A stretch of DNA of 63,589 bases, filler included, from Chiloscyllium plagiosum (GCF_004010195.1; 3 parts of 2 records of this genome joined end to end with filler, not necessarily neighbours in it), one strand, 5' to 3'; numbered from the whole stretch's first letter, positions 23,625 to 36,937 are shown. Notes: generated by a model from the letters alone, not told the origin. A program made the numbers and translations.

Positions 23625-26520
23625 CCACTTCCGCCCCTCACAATTCCCCATGCGCCACACGTGACATCACTTCTGCTCCTTACATCATCGCTGATGTCAC
23701 ACGCTCAGTGACTTCCGTCGCCCCCACTGCCGTGTTCGCCACCACTTCTGCCCCCACCAACGCCAGCCACCTGCATTTTGCTGACACGACCCCTCACAGA
23801 TCCCACTGTCACCATTCCCGCCCCCAGAACCCTGAGGGGAACACCACCCCTGCTCATGACTCCAACCCCATTCCTCCTACCACCACACCCACTCCAGTTA
23901 CACGCTCCACCCCCACTCCCAGCTCCATACCTACACTAGGTCCTAGCTCCCAGCCCTTCCGAGTTTTCACCATTCCCCTTGACCGCCCCCTCACTGAGGA
24001 TGAACGATCAGTCCTCAGCAAAGGCCTCACCTTTATCCCCCTCCATCCACGCATCAATGAATTTAATACACACCATGACGTCGAAGACTTCTTCCGCCGC
24101 CTCCATCTCCGTGCTTACTTTTACAACCAGGACTCTCGCCACCTTCTGAGGACCCCTTTGCCCGCATCCAGCACACTCCATCCACCTGGACACCCCGTGC
24201 TGGCCTATTACCTGCCCTCGATCTCTTCATTTCCAACTGCTGCTGAGACATTAACCGCCTCAACCTGTCTAACCCCCTCCACAACTCCAACCTCTCACCC
24301 TCACAACGCACAGCCCTCCACTCCCTCTGCTCCAATCCCAACCTCACCATCAAACCAGCAGATAAAGGGGGCGCAGTGGTAGTTTGGCACACTGACCTCT
24401 ACATCACTGAAGCCAGACGCCAACTCGAAGATGCCTCCTCCTACCGCCCCCTTGAGCATGATCCCACCGCCCCATCACCAAACCGTCATCTCCCAGACCA
24501 TACAGAACCTCATCACCTCAGGAGATCTCCCACCCACAGCTTCCAATCTCATAGTCCAGGAACGCTGCACCACCCGATTCTACCTCCTTCCCAAGATCCA
24601 CAAGCCTGACCACCCTGGCCGACCCATTGTCTCAGCATGCTCCTGCTCCACCGAACTCATCTCTACCTACCTTGACACTGTCCTATTCCCCCTAGTCCAG
24701 GAACTCCCCACATACATTCGAGACACCACCCACATTTTCCATCTCCTCCAAGACTTCCGTTTCCCCGGCCCCCAATGCCTCATCTTCACCATGGATATCC
24801 AATCCCTCTACACCTCCATCCGCCATGACCAGGGCCTCCAAGCCCTCCGTTTCTTCCTCTCCCAACGTCCTCAACAGTACCCTTCCACCGACATTCACAT
24901 TCATTGGCTGAACTGGTCATCACCCTTAACAATTTCTCCTTCGAATCCTCCCACTTCATTCAGACCAAAGGGGTAGCCATGGGCACCCGTATTGGCCCCA
25001 GCTGTGCCTGTCTCTTTGTTGGCTACATAGAACAGTCCGTCTTCCGTAGTTACACCGGCACCACTCCCCACCTCTTCCTCTGCTACATTGATGACTGCAT
25101 CAGTGCCACCTCGTGCTCCGGCGAGGAGGTTGAGCAATTCATCAACTTCACCAACACATTCCACCCTGACCTTAAATTTAACTGGACCATCTCTGACACC
25201 TCCCTCCCCCTCCTGGACCTCTCCATCTCCATCAGTGACGACCGACTTGACACTGACATTTTCTACAAACCCACCGACTCCCACAGCTACCTGGATTACA
25301 CCTCTTCCCACCCTACCTCTTGCAAAAATGCCATCCCATATTCCCAATTCCTCCACCTCCGCCGTATCTGCTCCCAGGAAGACCAGTTCCANNNNNNNNN
25401 NNNNNNNNNNNNNNNNNNNNNNNNNNNNNNNNNNNNNNNNNNNNNNNNNNNNNNNNNNNNNNNNNNNNNNNNNNNNNNNNNNNNNNNNNNNNNNNNNNNN
25501 NNNNNNNNNNNNNNNNNNNNNNNNNNNNNNNNNNNNNNNNNNNNNNNNNNNNNNNNNNNNNNNNNNNNNNNNNNNNNNNNNNNNNNNNNNNNNNNNNNNN
25601 NNNNNNNNNNNNNNNNNNNNNNNNNNNNNNNNNNNNNNNNNNNNNNNNNNNNNNNNNNNNNNNNNNNNNNNNNNNNNNNNNNNNNNNNNNNNNNNNNNNN
25701 NNNNNNNNNNNNNNNNNNNNNNNNNNNNNNNNNNNNNNNNNNNNNNNNNNNNNNNNNNNNNNNNNNNNNNNNNNNNNNNNNNNNNNNNNNNNNNNNNNNN
25801 NNNNNNNNNNNNNNNNNNNNNNNNNNNNNNNNNNNNNNNNNNNNNNNNNNNNNNNNNNNNNNNNNNNNNNNNNNNNNNNNNNNNNNNNNNNNNNNNNNNN
25901 NNNNNNNNNNNNNNNNNNNNNNNNNNNNNNNNNNNNNNNNNNNNNNNNNNNNNNNNNNNNNNNNNNNNNNNNNNNNNNNNNNNNNNNNNNNNNNNNNNNN
26001 NNNNNNNNNNNNNNNNNNNNNNNNNNNNNNNNNNNNNNNNNNNNNNNNNNNNNNNNNNNNNNNNNNNNNNNNNNNNNNNNNNNNNNNNNNNNNNNNNNNN
26101 NNNNNNNNNNNNNNNNNNNNNNNNNNNNNNNNNNNNNNNNNNNNNNNNNNNNNNNNNNNNNNNNNNNNNNNNNNNNNNNNNCCACCTATCCACTCCACCC
26201 TCCTCTCTGACCTATCACCTTCATCCCCACCCCTATTCACCCATTGTACTCTTTGCTACCTTCCGCCACCCTCCTCTCTGACCTATCATCTCCATCCCCA
26301 CCCCCATTCACCTATTGTACTCTTTGCTACTTTCTATCTACCCCCACCTCCCTCTCATTTATCTCTCCACTCTGCGGGCACCCTGCCTCTATTCCTGATG
26401 AAGGGCTTTTGCCCGAAACGTCGATTTTGCTGCTCTTCGGATGCTGCCTGACCTGCTGTGCTTTTCCAGCACCACTCTAATCTAGACTCTAGTTTCCAGC
26501 ATCTGCAGTCCTTGTTTTTG
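23625..26520 (+). mobile_element. Near full-length Penelope-like element (Neptune-like RT, frameshifted; GIY-YIG region expected in the N gap)
   Basis: VLSKGLTFIP, FYLLPKIHKPDHPGRPIVS, FTMDIQSLYTSI, QTKGVAMGTRIGPS, YIDD, FYKPTDSHSYLDY, then a terminal pLTR at 26385-26520. Confidence 0.92.
26395..26422 (+). ncRNA. Minimal hammerhead ribozyme core in PLE pLTR
   Basis: CTGATGA-a-GGGC-tttt-GCCC-GAAAC-GTC: conserved core boxes, 4-bp stem II, palindromic ACGT stem III and a GUC cleavage triplet. Confidence 0.7.
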
Positions 26521-27609
26521 CCCATCTCAAATGAGAAACAATCTGGCTCTCGCCCTTGACTCTTAATTGTAAGTAAAGTCATCAATAGTGCTAATATGCA
26601 ATAACCTGCTCACTGTTGCTCATTTTGGATTCTGCCAGGGCCAGTCAGCTCCTGATTGCATTTCAGCCTCAGTTCAAAATTGGACAAAAGAACCGAATTT
26701 CAGACATAAGGTCAGAGCGACAGCCCTTGACATCATCACAGCATTTGACAGAGAATGGCATCAAGGGGTTGCAGCAAAACTTGAATCAATGAGCATCAGT
26801 GAGCATACCTGGCACATAGGAAGGCGATTAAGGTTGTTAACATCAGTCAATTCAACTCTAAGACATCTCGATGCAAGTTCCTCAGGATAGTTACACCCAA
26901 ACATTTTCTGGTGCTTCATCAATGACCTTCCCTCCATCATAAGGTCAGACGTGGAGATTCTCATTGATGATTGCACAATGTTCAGCACTATACATGGTTC
27001 CTCAAATACTGAAGTGTACTATTTTCAGATGCAACACGATCTAGACGATATCCAGGCTTGTGTCAAGTAAGATTCGTGCCACACACATATGCCAGGTAAT
27101 CATCACCTCCAACAAGAGACTATCTGGCCTCCACTCCTTGAAATTAATGGTGTTATCATCACTGAATCTCCCACCATCGACATCATTTAGGTTGCCATTG
27201 ATCAGAATCTCAACTGGACTTATCACAAAACTACACACGTGTTGCGCCAAATCCTAGCCACCAAAAACAACACACAAGTTAGGAGTGTGATGGATAACTC
27301 CTCACATGTCTGGGTGGATGCAGCTGCAACAACACACAAGAAACTTGACACCATTCAGGACAAAGCAGCTTACTTTATTGGTATCACACCCACAAGCATC
27401 CACTACAAGATGCACTGTAGAAATTCAACAAAGATCCTCAGACAGCATCTTCCAAACCTATGACCCCACTTTCATCTATAAGGACAAGGTCAGCAGATAC
27501 ATGGGAACACTACCACGTGCAAGTTACCCTCCAAGACACTCACCATCCTGACTTGGAAATATATTGCCACTTTATCGCTGGACCAAAATCCTGGAATTCC
27601 CTTCCTAAG

Positions 27610-28575
27610 ATGGGTGGAGTTGTGGATAGTGCAGAAAGATGTTGCAAGTGGACATAGGTAAGTTGCTGAGCTGAGCTGAGTTGTGGCAAAAGGAGTTTAA
27701 TGAGGAAAAGTGTGAGGTGATTCACTTTGGAAGGTGTAACAGGAATACAGAGTATTGGGCTAATGGTAAGATTCTTGGCAGTGTGGATGAGCAGAGAGAT
27801 CTCGGAGTCCATGTGCATAGATCCCTGAAAGTTGCCACCCAAATTGATAGAGTTGTTAAGAAGGCGTACGATATGTTACCTTTTATTGGTAGAGGATCGA
27901 GTTTTGGAGCCATGAGGTCATGTTGCAGCTGTACAAAACTCTGGTGCGGCCACACTTGGAGTATTGCGTACAGTTCCGGTCGCCGAATTATAGGAAGGAT
28001 ATGGAAGCATTGGAAAGGGTGCAGAGGAGATTTACTAGGATGTTGCCTGGGATGAAGGGAAGGACTTATGAGGAAAGGCTAAGGGACTTGAGGCTGATTT
28101 TGAAAGAGAGAAGAAGTTTGAGAGATGACTTAATGCAGACATACAAGATGATCAGAGGGTGGACAGTGACAGCCTTTGACCTTAGATGGTGATGGCTAGC
28201 ACAAGGGGACATAGTTTTAAATTGAGGGGTGATAGATATAGGACAGATGTCAGAGGTAGGTTCTTGGAAAAGCGCAGCAGGTCAGGCAGCATCCAAGGAA
28301 CAGGACAACACATTTTCAGCTCTGATCTCCAGCATCTGCAGTCCTCACTTTCTCCTCAGAGGTAGGTTCTTTACTCAGAGAGAAGTAGGGGCATGGAATG
28401 CCCTGCCTGCAACAGCAGAAGACATGCCAACTTTTAGAGCATTTAAATGGTCATTGGATAAACATATGGATGATGATGGAATACTGTAGGTTAGATGGGC
28501 TTTAGATTGGTTTTATAAGTCCGCGCAACATCACGGACTGAAGGGACTGTACTCCACTATAATGTTCTACATTCT
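27610..28575 (+). mobile_element. CR1 LINE 3' part (same subfamily as 1-980) with a small PLE insert
   Basis: KCEVIHFG...LKVATQIDRVV, LYKTLVRPHLEYCVQF; PLE fragment at 28263-28357 flanked by a duplicated tcagaggtaggttct. Confidence 0.9.
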
Positions 28576-29134
28576 CAGGGGTAAAGTCTATACAAACAAC
28601 TTCTACTGCTCTGCCTTCATCAATCTTCTTTGAAATTTCTTTAAAAATGGCAAACAACTTCATGAAGCATGATTTCCCACACACCAATTCATGTTGACTA
28701 CACTTAAGAAGTCATTGCCTTATCAAACAGAAGCAAATCCTGTCCCTAAGAACCCCTCCAACAACATATCCACCACTGACGAAAGACTCACTGACTTATA
28801 GATCCCCGGCTTGTCCTTACCACATTTTTTAAATAACAGCACCACATTAGCCAAACTCCAGGCAAGAGTTTGAGCTATGGGGAGAGGCTGAATGCACTGT
28901 GCTTTTTCCCCAGAGCATCAGAAGCTAAGGGATGACCTTACAGAGGTTTAAAAAATTATGAGGGCGTACGTAGGGTGAATAGCCAACGTCTTTTTCAAGG
29001 GTACTAGAGTCCAAACCGAGCGGGCATAGGTTTAAAGTGATAGGGAAAAGATTTAAATGGGAATTGAGGGGCAACTTATTTCACAGAGTGAGGTGCATGC
29101 ATAGAAAGAGCTGCTGAAAGAAGCTTTGGAGATG

Positions 29135-29831
29135 TGTGATCTATATGGACTTCAGTAAGGCGTTCGACAAGGTTCCCCATAGGAGATTGGTGAGCAAGGT
29201 TAGATCTCATGTTTTTCAGACTGGAGGCCTGTGACCAGTGGAGTGCCACAGGGATCGGTGCTGGGTCCTCTATTTTTTGTCATTTATATAAATGATTTAG
29301 ATGTGAGCACAAGAGGTATAGTTAGTTAGTTTGCAGATGACACCAAAATTGGAGGTGCAATGGACAGTGAGGAAGGTTACCTCAGATTATAACAGGTGGG
29401 ACAATGGGCTGAGAAGTGGCAGATGGAGTTTAATTCAGATAAATGCGAGGTGCTGCATTTTGGAAAAGCAAATCTTAGCAGGACTTATACGCTTAATGGT
29501 AAAGTCCTAGGGAGTGTTGCTGAACAAAGAGACCTTGGAGTGCAGGTTCATAGCTCCTTGAAAGTGGAGTCGCATGTAGATAGGATCGTGAAGAAGGCGT
29601 TTGGTATGCTTTCCTTTATTGATCAGAGTATTGAGTACAGGAGTGGGAGGTCATGTTGTGGCTGTACAGGTTATTGGTTAGGCCACTGCTGAAATATTGC
29701 ATACAATTCCAGTTACCTTCCTATCGGAAAGATGTTGTGAAACTTGAAAGGGTTCAGAAAGGATTTAGAAGGATGTTGCCAGGGTTGGAGGATTTGAGCT
29801 ATAGGGAGAGCTGAACAGGCTGGGGCTGTCT
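29135..29831 (+). mobile_element. CR1 LINE RT fragment
   Basis: [21 protein letters not shown] and WAEKWQMEFNSDKCEVLHFG. Confidence 0.88.
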
Positions 29832-29931
29832 NNNNNNNNNNNNNNNNNNNNNNNNNNNNNNNNNNNNNNNNNNNNTTAATTAATTAANNNNNNNNNNNNN
29901 NNNNNNNNNNNNNNNNNNNNNNNNNNNNNNN
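29832..29931. other. Artificial scaffold spacer N44-TTAATTAATTAA-N44
   Basis: An identical 100-bp construct occurs at 61228-61327; it contains stops in all frames. Confidence 0.9.
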
Positions 29932-30987
29932 CTCAATACTCTGACCAATAAAGGAAAGCATACCAAACGCCACCTTCACTATCCTATCTACCTGCAACTC
30001 CACTTTCAAGGAGCTATGAACCTGCACTCCAAGGTCTCTTTGTTCAGCAACACTCCCTAGGACGTTACAATTAAGTGTATACATCCTGCTAAGATTTGCT
30101 TACCCAAAATGCAGCACCTTGCATTTATCTGAATTAAACTCCATCTGCCACTTCTCTGCCCATTACCCAATCTGGACAAGATCCTGTTGTAATCTGAGGT
30201 AACCCTCTTCGCTGTCCGCTACACCTCCAATTTTGGTATCATCTGCAAACTTACTAACTGTACCTATTATGCTCACATCCAAATCATTTATGTAAGTGAC
30301 AAAAAGTAGAGGACCCAGCACCGATCCTTGTGGTACTCCACTGGTCACAAGCCTTCAGTCTGAAAAACTATCCTCCACCACCACCCTCTGTCTTCTACCT
30401 TTGAGCCAGTTCTGTATCCAAATGGTTAGTTCTCCCTGTATTCCGTGAGATCTAACCTTGCTAATTAATCTCCCATGGGGAACCTTGTTGAACGTCTTAC
30501 TGAAATCCACATAGATCACATCTGCCGCCCTGCCCTCATTAATCCTCTTTGTTACTTCCTCAAAAAACTCAATCAAGTTTGTGAGATGTGACTTCCCACG
30601 CACAAAGCCATGTTGACTATCCCTAATCAGTCCTTGCCTTTCCAAATGCATATACATCCTGTCCCTCAGGATTCCCTCCAACAACTTGCCCACCCCCGAG
30701 GTCAGGCTCACCAGACTATAGTTCCCTGGCTTGTCCTTACCATTTTTCTTAAACAGTGGCACCACGTTTGCCAACCCCCAGTCTTCCGGCACCTCACTTG
30801 TGACTATCAATAATACAAATATCTCAGCAAGAGGCCCAGCAACCACTTCTCTAGCTTCCCATAGAGTTCTCGGGTATACCTGATCAGGTTCTGGGGATTT
30901 ATCCACCTTTATGCATTTCAAGACATCCAGCACGTCCTCCTCTGTAATTTGAACATTTTGCAAGGTGTCACCATCTATTTCCCTACA

Positions 30988-31614
30988 TTCTGGATTAGTG
31001 GTGCTGGAAGAGCACAGCAGTTCAGGCAGCATCTGAGGAACAGTAAAATCGACGTCTCGGGCAAAAGCCCTTCATCAGGAATCAACTACACCGCCCTGTG
31101 GCCCAACATTTCAACTCCCCCTCCCACTCTGCCGAGGACATGGAGGTCCTGGGCCTCCTTCACAGCCACTCCCTCACCACCAGACGCCTGGAGGAAGAAC
31201 GCCTCATCTTCCGCCTTGGAACACTTCAACCCCAGGGCATCAATGTGGACTTCAACAGTTTCCTCATTTCCCCTTCCCCCAACTCACCCTCGTTCCAAAC
31301 TTCCAGCTCAGCACTGTCCCCATGACTTGTCCTACCTGCCTATCTTCTTTTCCACCTATCCATTCCACCCTCCTCCCTCACCTATCATCTTCATCCCCTC
31401 CTCCACTCACCTATTGTACTCTATGCTACTTTCTCCCCACCCCCACCCTCCTCTAGCTTATCTCTCCACCCTTCAGGCTCTCTGCCTTCATTCCTGATGA
31501 AGGGCTTTTGCCCGAAACGTCAATTTTTCTGCTCCTCGGATGCTGCCTGAACTGCTTCTCTTCCAGCACCACTAATCCAGAATCTGGTTTCCAGCATCTG
31601 CAGTCATTGTTTTT
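30988..31614 (+). mobile_element. 5'-truncated Penelope element (GIY-YIG C-terminus + pLTR) with inverted pLTR
   Basis: HFNSPSHS...RRLEEERLIFRLGTLQPQGINVDF; 15-bp TSD atctatttccctaca at 30973-30987 and 31615-31629. Confidence 0.9.
31494..31521 (+). ncRNA. Minimal hammerhead ribozyme core in PLE pLTR
   Basis: CTGATGAAGGGCTTTTGCCCGAAACGTC, core intact. Confidence 0.65.
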
Positions 31615-33064
31615 ATCTATTTCCCTACAGTCTATATTTTCCATATCCTTTTCCACTGTAAATACTGATGCAAAATACTCATTTAGTATCTCCCCCATTT
31701 TCTGTAACTCCACACAAAGGCCGTCTTGCTGATCTTTGAGGGGCCCTATTCTCTCCCTTGTTACCCTTTTGTCCTTAACGTATTTGTAAAAACCCTTTGG
31801 ATTGTCCTTAACTCAATTTACCAAAGCTACCTCATGCCCCCTTTTTGCCCTCCTGATTTCCCTCTTAAGTATACTCCTACTGCCTTTATACTCTAAGTTT
31901 TCACTTGATCTATCTTGTCTATACCTTACATATGCTTCCTTCTTTTTCTTAACCAAACCGTCAATTTCTTTACTCATCCAAAATTCCCTATACCTACCAC
32001 CCTTTTCTTTCACCCTGACAGGAATATACTTTCTCTGGATTCTCGTTATCTCATTTCTGAAGACTTCCCATTTTCCAGTCATCTCTTTACCTGCGAACAT
32101 CTGCCCCCAATCAGCATTCGAAAGTTCTTGCCTAATACCGTCAAAATTGGCCTTTCTCCAATTTAGAACTTCAACTTTTAGATCTGGTCTATCCTTTTCC
32201 ATCACTATTTTAAAACGAATAGAATTATGGTCGCTGGCCCCAAGTTGCTCCCCACTGACACCTCAGTCACTTGCTCTGCCTTATTTCGCAAGAGTAGGTC
32301 AAGTTTTGCACCTGTGAGGTAGGTACATCCACATACTGTATCAGAAAATTTTCTTGTACACACTTAACAAATTCCTCTCCATCTAAACCCTTAACACTAT
32401 GGTAGTCCCAGTCTATGTTTGGAAAGTTAAAATCCCCGACCATAATCACCCTATTGTTCTTACAGATAACTGAGATCTCCTTACAAGTTTGTTTCTCAAT
32501 TTCCCTCTGACTATTAGGGGGTCTATAATACAATCCCAATAAGGTGATCATCCCTTTCTTATTTCTCAGTTCCACCCAAATAACGTCCCTGGATGTATTT
32601 CCAGGAATATCCTCCCTCAGCACAGCTGTAATGGCTATCTCTTATCAAAAACGCCACTCCCCCCTCCTCTCTTGCCTCCCTTTCTATCCTTACTGTAGCA
32701 TTTGTATCCTGGAACATTAAGCTGCCAGTCCTGCTCATCCCTGAGCCATGTTTCTGTAATTGCTATAATATCCCAGTCTCATGTTCCTAACCATGACCTG
32801 AGTACATCTGCCATCCCTGTTAAGCCCCTTGCATTGAAAATGACAAATTATTTAATTTCCATTTAAAATTATTGATTACCTCCATTTCCACCTTGTAGAG
32901 GGTGAATTCCAAGTCTTAACTGCTTGATGTGTTTTTAAAAAACGTTTCTCCTCACCTCTTGCCCAATATGCTAAATATACATGAGCTAATGGGAACAGCT
33001 TTTTTTTAAAATCTACCTTACCAGTACTGCCCATCATTTTGTACATCTATCAGATTTCCCTTAA

Positions 33065-33720
33065 AGAGAACAAAAAGAACAAAGATCATTGCAGCACAGG
33101 AACAGGCCCTCCAAGCCTTCACCAATCCATATCTTCTATCTAAACCTGCCACCTATTTTCTAAGGATCTGTATCCCTTTGCTCCCTGCCCATTAATGTAT
33201 CTGTCTAGATACATCTTAATTGATGCTATCGTTCCCGCCCCTACCGTCTCTGCTGGTAACGCATTCCAGGCCACCACGACCCTCTGCATGAAGAACTTTC
33301 CATGCATATCTCCCCTAAACCTTTCCCCTCTCACTTTGAACTCATGAGCCCTAGTAATTGAGTTCCGCGCTTTGGGAAAAAGCTTGCTTTCCACCCTGTC
33401 TATACCTCTCATATATCTCCCCTAAACCTTTCCCCTCTCACTTTGAACTCATGAGCCCTAGTAATTGAGTTCCGCGCTTTGGGAAAAAGCTTCTTGCTTT
33501 CCACCCTGCCTATACCTCTCATGATTTTGTAGACCTCAATCAGATCCCCTCTTAATCTCCATCTTTCTAATGAAAATAATCCTAACCTATTCAACCTCTC
33601 TCCATACCAGGCAACATCCTGGTGAACCTCCTCCACACCCTCTCCAAAGCATCCGCATGCTTTTGGGAATGTGGCGACCAGAACTGTCCGCAGTATTCTA
33701 AATGCAGCTGAACCATAGTT
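33065..33720 (-). mobile_element. CR1 LINE 3' end with a ~107-bp internal tandem duplication
   Basis: RLRGDLIEVYKIMRG...KARNSITRAHEFKVRGERFRGD occurs twice. Confidence 0.85.
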
Positions 33721-36214
33721 CTTCAGCCTTGAAACAAGGAGATGACTGCCTCTATTTTCCAACCTAACTGGTCCCTTATCCCCGGAACCATTCTGATAAA
33801 TCTGCTCTATATTAAGAACACATAAAGTGAATTTCATGAAGTGTGACAGCCAGGATTGGGCTTGATTCTGTAGTTGTGGTCCAATCAGAGCTTTGGAAAG
33901 GTTCAGAATAAATTCCGGGTTTTTGTACTCAAGCACAAGATGTCTTATGATTTGTTAACCACGAATAGATTAGCCAGGCAGTTTCGAAATTCCATGTTCA
34001 AGAGTTCCCAGGAGAACATTAGTGAATCAAGCTTTTAAAAAGAAGAGACAATTGATAATGATTTCACGATTGCCAACACAGTAGGTTTAAATCCCGAATT
34101 ATGTGTAACTTTTAAAATTCTACTGCCTCATGGTCGAATTTGAACTCTCGCCCTCAGAGTATTTGCCAGATTCTGTGGATGATGTATTCAGGAACATTAC
34201 CACCACATTACAATCCTGCTCTAAAGTGAGCTATCGGTGGGGGTCTTTAATAACAAGGGAATATTTGTTTAGGTTTTTTTTTCCTTTTTGTTGTAGAATT
34301 TTCTGATATATTCAATACTTGTTGAGATTACTGAGCTTTCAGGCTGAGCAATATTATCCCACCATGTGACCTGTAAACTGCCTAATATGGGAAAGGTATG
34401 CAAATTTTCCACAATTCCATAGGATTTTGCAAAGAGAATTAGGACAAGTAGCTTCACTGAGTGCTCAGGGAATTTAATTAATATTAATAAATACAATCGG
34501 GAGGTTTTGCTAAAACTATGCAAGTCACAAAACAAACCACAACTAGAAATACTGTGAACAGTTTTGGTTGCCTTATCTAAGGAGACAGTCCAGAAGAGTT
34601 TCATTAAATTGATCCTGGGGTATGGAGGGATTTACGACAAGACCTGTAGGTTGGTCCTATACATATTATCATAGAGATGTATAGTACAGAAACAGACATT
34701 TTGGTGCAATTTGTCTGGGCCAGATATCGGAAATTAATATAGGCCCATTTGCCAGCATTTGGCCCATATGTTCTAAACACTTCCCATTCATTATATTTTA
34801 CAAGATATGGCCATTTTGTTTCAGTTAAATACTTCCCATTCATGTATCCATCCAGATGCATTTTAAATGTTGCAATTGTACCAGCCTCCATCATTTCCTC
34901 TGGTAAGTCATTTCATACACGCACCACTTTCTTGCCTGGATAAGTTTCCCCTTTGCTCCCTTTTAAATCTTTCCTCTCTCACCTTAAACTCCATACCCTT
35001 GAGAAAACACCTTGGCTATTGACCCTATCCATGCTCCCATGTAGCTTAGAAGAATGATGTGATCATATTGAAAGATAAACTTCTTTCTGGGGTTGACAGG
35101 GTAGATGCAGAGAGGTTGTTTCCCCTTGTGAGAGTCTAGGGTCAGGCGGTGTGATGTTAGAGTAGGGGGTTCCTGTTTAATAGAGATGAAGAAGTTTCTT
35201 TTAATCCTGTGGGTGGTGAATCTGTGGAATTCTTTACCACACAGGGTTGCTGAGGCTGTGTTGTGAAGTACATTTAAAGGGTTGAGATAGACAGATGTTT
35301 AATCTGTAAGGGAATCAAGGGTTATGGGAAAAGATAAGAAAAGTAGAAGATTATCCAGTCAACCACGGTCCCATTGAATGGCTGGGCTGTACGGCCTACT
35401 TCTGAAGGACTTTTGCCCGAAACGTCGATTTTCCTGCTTCTCGGATGCTCTGCTTTTCCAGCACCACTCTAATCTAAACTCTGGTTTCCAGCATCTGCAG
35501 TCCTTGGTTTAACTTGCTCCAAGTTTCACAATCTTATGAAATCATTTCCTGGTACGACAGATTCAGAATGACTGGCCTCTGCACTCATTACGGGAAATGT
35601 TAGTTGCTGCCTACCTCCCAAGGGTGTGCCAAATCTAGGAAATCAAGATTAATTTCCAGGGAGCTATGCAAGCAACTCAGCTGAAAAAAATTATTGAACT
35701 ATTTGGTAATAAAGGGAATTGGAAAAGGAAGGATTAAGCATGTGGTGAGATCACAGCTGACTCGCATCGGTAGCCCTGACAGCTGAAAACAAATACACTG
35801 TGGTAAAGTGGCAGGCGTGAAGCAAGGAGGAAAATTTCAAGAAAGTCAGTGTTAAGATCCACAGGAGTTAAGTGACTTATGATGCTAAGTTTTTATGTTA
35901 CAGTCTCAGATCTGCAAGGAAGAAGTAACCAAAAGATAAACAAACAAAAACAGAAAGACTGGAGAAACTCAGCAGGTCTGGCAATATGTGCAGAGAGAGA
36001 AAGTTAGAGCTAACGTTTCGAGTTCAGTGGCAGTGGAAACGCAATCACTATCCAACCCCAATAAAATGATGCAGTGACTATTATCCCCTTATGGAGCCTT
36101 GTGTTCCTTTTTTTTCAGCAAGGATGTGTCCACAACAGTTTAAAGGTAAAATTAGAATCCAGAAGCTGATATTTTACAAGATATGGCCATTTTGTTTCAA
36201 TTAAAGACAAAGCA

Positions 36215-36535
36215 GTCGTGGGGAAGGGATGGCCTAGTGGTACTATCGCCAGACTATTAATCCAGAAACGCAGTCTGGGGACACTGTGGCAGATGGGAAA
36301 CTTGAATTCAATGAAATAAAATCTGGAATTAAGAGTCAAATGGTGATCATGAAAACATTGTTGGAAAACCCCATCTGGTTCACTAATGCCCTTTAGGGAA
36401 GGAAACTGCTATCCTTACCTGCTCTGGACTCTTTGTGACTCCAAAACCACCGCAATGTGGTTGACTCTGCATTGTCCTCTGGGCAATAAACGCTGGCCCA
36501 GCCAGTGATGCCCACATCCTGTGAATGAATTTTTA
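36215..36535 (+). mobile_element. tRNA-derived SINE (non-HE1 family)
   Basis: tggcctagtgg head and ctggttcactaatgccctttagggaaggaa core; related minus copies at ~21545-21950 and ~46335-46590. Confidence 0.65.
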
Positions 36536-36823
36536 AAAAAAATAGTTGGAGCTTGCGTCATTGCAGATGCACTTGAATGTCGCAATGGAACTGAGGGTTT
36601 TTTTTAAAAAACAATAGATTGACGAAATATGGGCCATCCTGTCTCTTGTTTCCTAATTGAAAACTGTTTATCCCCTTAACGCTTTGTGTACCGGGAAGAA
36701 TACACGGCGCTGTGTCTCTGCTGTCACTTGAAGCCAGCAAGAATGCTGAGTCATCGCCCGCTGCCTTGTTGGGGAAGTGGGCAGGACAATTCTTCATTCA
36801 TTGCAAACGCTTCCTCTTCATAC

Positions 36824-36872
36824 CATGTGGATGGGATTGACGCCCTGTGAGTGGTTTTCCTTCAGCCTCCAT
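36824..36872 (-). CDS. Putative first coding exon of an unidentified minus-strand gene (MEAEGKPLTGRQSHPH)
   Basis: Strong Kozak context ataATGG, 16 codons + 1 nt, donor ATG|GTATGA (phase 1), inside the CpG-rich promoter region. Confidence 0.42.
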
Positions 36873-36937
36873 TATGTCGTCTTACACTGAATATTTTGTG
36901 GAGTCCGGACTGGGGGGGGAAACGTGTTTAAAGAACC

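Larger units (their letters stand above)
29932..32840 (-). mobile_element. CR1 LINE ORF2 (endonuclease + RT), interrupted by a PLE
   Basis: GLYYRPPN...VGDFNFPNIDW; WRKANFDGIR; ANVVPLFKK...QHGFVRGKS...; [13 protein letters not shown]...FADDTK. Confidence 0.92.

Noticed and set aside
24901..26451. Long ORFs of 290-515 aa (also 5306-6010 and 22454-23326)
   Set aside because: Length is inflated by N gaps; the real parts are Penelope-like element sequence.
34270..34400. Exon-like segment with splice-like signals on both strands
   Set aside because: No consistent open frame; it could be a non-coding exon but I cannot support that.
35615..35680. Minus-strand ~66-bp exon-like segment (LSCLHSSLEINLDFLDLAHPWE)
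   Set aside because: Phase 0-0 does not fit the phase-1 model, and the similarity to the DSLE motif is too weak to support.
36558..36797. 79-aa minus-strand ORF next to the promoter
   Set aside because: No recognisable features; it lies within the proposed first intron.
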